Source: Promethearchaeota archaeon (GTDB lineage: Archaea > Asgardarchaeota > Lokiarchaeia > Sigyniarchaeales > SOKP01). Taken from it: 20,235 nt of DNA. The position numbers and the translations under genes are program-made. Under the pieces are notes generated by a model. It was not told the origin of the DNA. It searched no databases and was given only the letters and a program-made list of their open reading frames with translations. This document shows positions 16,737 to 20,235 of the stretch, piece after piece. Where the stretch lies: the NCBI GenBank assembly GCA_048940645.1, contig JBHLOI010000061.1, forward strand, positions 1 through 20,235, given 5' to 3'. How positions within the stretch are numbered: position 1 is the stretch's first letter; every line of letters starts with the position of its first letter.

Positions 16737-17087
16737 TTAGAATAATTCTTGTGATTTAATAATCTCTTTTAATGGTTTAATTCCATCTTTATAGCTCTTA
16801 CTTTTCTCTAATAATATAAATAGTTTATATCTCTTATTCTTATCAATATCAAATTTTAATTGGATTAGGTTTGGATCTTTTATTACTTTTTCTTTATGCT
16901 TTGATATTGCCCATAAAGCTAATGTATTTTCATGTACCCACAATCTACTTGAGATACTTGAACCAATTGGAAAACCATTACGGTCTGTAATAACTCCGGC
17001 TACGAAATTGGGAAAGTGTTTTTTTACTCGATGTAAAAAATAATTGACTTCAGTTTGATTTATTAGCCTTGTGTTTTCCATCTTCAT
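16737..17087 (-). CDS. Divergent Roadblock/profilin-like fold protein
   Basis: Helix followed by FVAGVITDRNGFPIGS, a typical Roadblock beta-hairpin; SD-like AGGTCA. Confidence 0.6.
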   Translation of the reverse strand: MKMENTRLINQTEVNYFLHRVKKHFPNFVAGVITDRNGFPIGSSISSRLWVHENTLALWAISKHKEKVIKDPNLIQLKFDIDKNKRYKLFILLEKSKSYKDGIKPLKEIIKSQELF

Positions 17088-17210
17088 AAAATCTGACCTA
17101 TCAATAATGCATTACTGATAGGATAAAAGTGATAAAAATGAATCTTTAAATGTTGTATTATAAGGATAACATCCTTTTTTATTACTAAAGTGTAAAAGTA
17201 AAAAAGAAAT

Positions 17211-18170
17211 TTATTTCTTTTTTAATGAGATGCCCAAATCTAAATTCTCTATAAGCTCACTGAATCGATTACGGACAGTAACTTCAGTTACCTGACTAAT
17301 CTTAGCAATTTTCCTTTGCGTTCTTCTTTCTTTAGTCAAAATACTTGCGGCATAAATAGCTGCGGCACAAACTCCCGTTGGTCCTCTTCCTGAAGTTAAC
17401 CCACGAGTTTCTGCTATTTTAATAATTATCTTAGCTGCTTTTTGACAGTCATGTGTTAGTTCTAGCTCAGAAATAAATCTAGTAAGGAAATCGAGAGGTT
17501 TAGTTGGATTCAAATTAAGGACCAATTCATTGGATATAAAACGGAAAGATCTTCCTATTTCCTTTTTATCCACTCGAGCAACTTCGGCAATTTCATTCAA
17601 TGTCCTAGGTATCTTATACATTCTACAGGCAGCATATAAACTTGCTGCAGCTACACCCTCAATACTTCTTCCTCTTATGAGGTGGGCATCAACTGCATCC
17701 CTATATATTTTTGCGGAACACTCCCGAAGATTTTTAGGGAGATCTAAATTTGAAGCCATACGATCTAATTCACTTAATGCAAAAGTCAGATTTCTTTCTG
17801 TTGCGTCGGATACTCTTATTCTACTTTGCCATTTCCGTAATCTATAGATTTGGCCTCTTGATTTTGCGGGAATTTCCTTGCCAAAAATATCTCTATTTTT
17901 CCAATCAATCATTGTACTTAAACCTTTATCATGGATCATATAAGTCATTGGCGCTCCTGTTCGAGTTCTCTTTTTCTTCTGATCAGCATCAAATGCTCTC
18001 CATTCAGGACCACGATCAATATGATTTCCCGAATGGACTAAGCCGCACTCTTCACAAACCAAAAGTGAATCTGAATTTTTTATGATTTTTTTACCACATT
18101 CGGTACAAATATCTTCTTCAGTAGAAATTTCTCTTTTTGGTAGAACTTCTATATAATTCCAACTCGAAAT
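17211..18170 (-). CDS. tfb: Transcription initiation factor IIB (TFB), 319 aa, probable ATT start
   Basis: Zn ribbon CTECG...VCEECG (first half lies upstream of the track's TTG), [17 protein letters not shown], two cyclin repeats ([22 protein letters not shown]). Confidence 0.96.
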   Translation of the reverse strand: MSSWNYIEVLPKREISTEEDICTECGKKIIKNSDSLLVCEECGLVHSGNHIDRGPEWRAFDADQKKKRTRTGAPMTYMIHDKGLSTMIDWKNRDIFGKEIPAKSRGQIYRLRKWQSRIRVSDATERNLTFALSELDRMASNLDLPKNLRECSAKIYRDAVDAHLIRGRSIEGVAAASLYAACRMYKIPRTLNEIAEVARVDKKEIGRSFRFISNELVLNLNPTKPLDFLTRFISELELTHDCQKAAKIIIKIAETRGLTSGRGPTGVCAAAIYAASILTKERRTQRKIAKISQVTEVTVRNRFSELIENLDLGISLKKK

Positions 18171-18218
18171 ATTTTACACCTTCTAAAATTATGAATCGTT
18201 AAAAATTCTATAAACTTT

Positions 18219-18467
18219 TTAACGAATTTTAATATAAAATTTATTTTCTAGACCAAACTGTAGATCTGGCAAAGATTTTACAGAGATAAAGGGTGTATTG
18301 ATAGGACCAAATATTTCTTTGATGTTACCAACCTCTTCATAATTCTCATTGAAAACTGATTTATGTAATATAATCTCAAAATTTTTATTCCATCTTTTAG
18401 CTCTGAAAATAGAATGCTTCTTAGATTTTCCGAGATAGAATAGGTTTAGCTTTATCCAGTTTTTCAA
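18219..18467 (-). CDS. gar1: H/ACA RNP component Gar1/Naf1
   Basis: VGNIKEIFGPINTPFISVK; the gar1-tfb adjacency is common in archaea; TTG start with SD AGGGT. Confidence 0.82.
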   Translation of the reverse strand: MKNWIKLNLFYLGKSKKHSIFRAKRWNKNFEIILHKSVFNENYEEVGNIKEIFGPINTPFISVKSLPDLQFGLENKFYIKIR

Positions 18468-18686
18468 GAATAACCCTACTTAACTAATAAAATATAGAGT
18501 AGAAAATTGAAAGGCAATATTTAAATATAACCTTTTTGGGGTAAATTTTTACAAAAATGGTATGAATAATTTATTAATTTCTCTTTAAAAAATTATTGAA
18601 AATTAAAGTATCTATTTTTTTTTACATAAAACTAAAATTGTTTGTTTTTCGAAAATTAATAATTTATCCCGATCTTTGGATAATAT

Positions 18687-19805
18687 TTAATGGAAATTCT
18701 TTTGAAGACGGTATCTTGTTAAACAATCACAGTCATAATACGCATTTTTTTTATTTAAATAGTTAAAATCTTGTGATAATACAAAATTTCTAAGAGTAGT
18801 CATCATTTTTTGATTACATTCTCTTTTTAGGCAATTGTGAATACCTCGTTTCGTTCCAGCTCCAGATGGATCTGAAATTAGACGAGGAAAAGTTGAATCT
18901 TTTTTTAATTCGTGAATTTTTCGTAAGCTTTTAAAAAGAGAATAGAACCATGGAGGTCTATAACGATTTTGATACCATAAATATTCTAATAATGTTCCTT
19001 TTTGAATATTAATGGGATTTATTGATATCGTTTCTACTCCTAAATTAATTAGATTTATAATAGATCCGACACAATCGTCTATAGCACCTTGTTCATTTAA
19101 AAAGGGGGCTTTAAATAGTAAATAAACCCTCACACCGATTCCAATTTCTTTACAAATGCGAAAAACTTTTATAAAATCATCATAAGACATTGCCTTATTT
19201 ATATAAGTGTTTCTAATATAATCATTAACCGTTTCAAGGCCAATCGCTAATTCAATATATTTATCATTTAGTTGGTTTTTTAAATCTATTAATTTCATTT
19301 TTGAAATATATTCTAAGCGAGACTCAATAACAAATTCTTCTATCCTATTACTCTCATATACCTTCTGATAAATATAATTCCTTACTTCTTCAGAGATTTC
19401 ATTTTCATCAAAAAAACTCCCAGAATTAAAAATCTTAAATATAAATTTCTTTTTTTCACTTCTGATTTCTTCCAATTTAGATTGAAAAGCATGATTTACT
19501 TGATTGATAATATGTTTATCGTCTATACTTTCAATACTGGAATCATTTATATATCCACACATTGAACATCCTCCGCTATCGCTTAATGCCCAGCTGCATC
19601 CTTTAGTTCTTAATATAATAGTAAATTCCTTTCCTTTTTCATGTAAGAGGCGATCGTCTTTTATCCAAAAACTAACCGGTTTATTTAGTTGATCGCTTGT
19701 AAAACTTTTTCTCTTTAAAATTATTCGGTCTCTAATTTCTTTAATATTTTCGACAATTGAACGAGAGTTAACTGATTTTTTCATAAACTTTAGCAATCCT
19801 TCCAT
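18687..19805 (-). CDS. raSEA: Archaeosine biosynthesis radical SAM enzyme RaSEA
   Basis: ILRTKGCSWALSDSGGCSMCGY, KIFNSGSFFD, IESRLE, IGLET, YRPPW, GTKRGIHNC; overlaps arcS. The start may be ATG at 19784. Confidence 0.9.
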   Translation of the reverse strand: MEGLLKFMKKSVNSRSIVENIKEIRDRIILKRKSFTSDQLNKPVSFWIKDDRLLHEKGKEFTIILRTKGCSWALSDSGGCSMCGYINDSSIESIDDKHIINQVNHAFQSKLEEIRSEKKKFIFKIFNSGSFFDENEISEEVRNYIYQKVYESNRIEEFVIESRLEYISKMKLIDLKNQLNDKYIELAIGLETVNDYIRNTYINKAMSYDDFIKVFRICKEIGIGVRVYLLFKAPFLNEQGAIDDCVGSIINLINLGVETISINPINIQKGTLLEYLWYQNRYRPPWFYSLFKSLRKIHELKKDSTFPRLISDPSGAGTKRGIHNCLKRECNQKMMTTLRNFVLSQDFNYLNKKNAYYDCDCLTRYRLQKNFH

Positions 19806-20235
19806 TATTTGAATTTTTTATATAGTTTGAACCAACAATTAATTTGGCAAGGCCGATCACACTTTTTTTACTTTTATCCAAAATAATAACATAATTATTT
19901 GGGATAAGATTCTGACTAAACTCAACAATTCCAGGTCTAAAGAGAGTATTTCCCTTTATTAAATCTCCATCAAAGACCAAAATATTAAACTCTTTATCAA
20001 TAGCAAATAAAAGTTCTGCTCCCTTTAATGTTAATTCAATTTGTCCCGTCTTAACTAAAAATCTTCCTAATAAATTTTTGTTTTCAATATCAATAATATC
20101 AAAATTTTTGCTTACTTTACTTTTCTTGACTCTTATTCCTTTTGAAAAGATTTTCATACCAATATTAGAACCAAACTGATAATCAGCAATTTTAACTAAT
20201 TTTCGAACCCATGATTTTGAATAATACTTCGATTT
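19768..20235 (-). CDS. arcS: Archaeosine synthase ArcS (TgtA2-like), C-terminal PUA region; 5'-truncated by the window edge
   Basis: Frame is open to the window end (KSKYYSKSWVRKLVKIADYQFG...); IADYQFG, LTLKGA, PUA-like LFRPGIV; directly upstream of raSEA. Confidence 0.75.
   Translation of the reverse strand, partial: KSKYYSKSWVRKLVKIADYQFGSNIGMKIFSKGIRVKKSKVSKNFDIIDIENKNLLGRFLVKTGQIELTLKGAELLFAIDKEFNILVFDGDLIKGNTLFRPGIVEFSQNLIPNNYVIILDKSKKSVIGLAKLIVGSNYIKNSNNGRIAKVYEKIS

Noticed and set aside
13227-19692. ORFs 13227-13445, 17530-17847, 17750-18085, 19504-19692
   Set aside because: Antisense shadows of nikM, tfb and raSEA.

Overview
Low-GC archaeal chromosomal window, most consistent with an Asgard (Lokiarchaeia-like) archaeon. 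This is inferred from eS26, a tandem Roadblock pair, cdhE, gar1-tfb and raSEA-arcS. It holds about 21 genes: HAD hydrolase, stand-alone cdhE, NDP-forming acyl-CoA synthetase alpha, AIR-synthase-family protein, mobB, a PIN-TPR fusion, rps26e (missing from the ORF track), CDP-alcohol phosphatidyltransferase, trmY, a divergently split Ni-type ECF transporter (nikMN / nikQO), two Roadblock-like proteins, tfb, gar1, raSEA, a partial arcS and three hypotheticals. No CRISPR array or mobile element was seen. Two signals stand out. (1) Three conserved genes (rps26e, tfb, ECF ATPase) have no in-frame ATG/GTG/TTG before their conserved N-termini and appear to start at ATT behind SD-like motifs. (2) The ~520-nt gap at 15567-16085 holds a GC-enriched cluster of structured elements: a K-turn/box C/D RNA with self-paired guides, a tRNA-like element lacking an anticodon arm, and a duplicated hairpin with a compensatory change.
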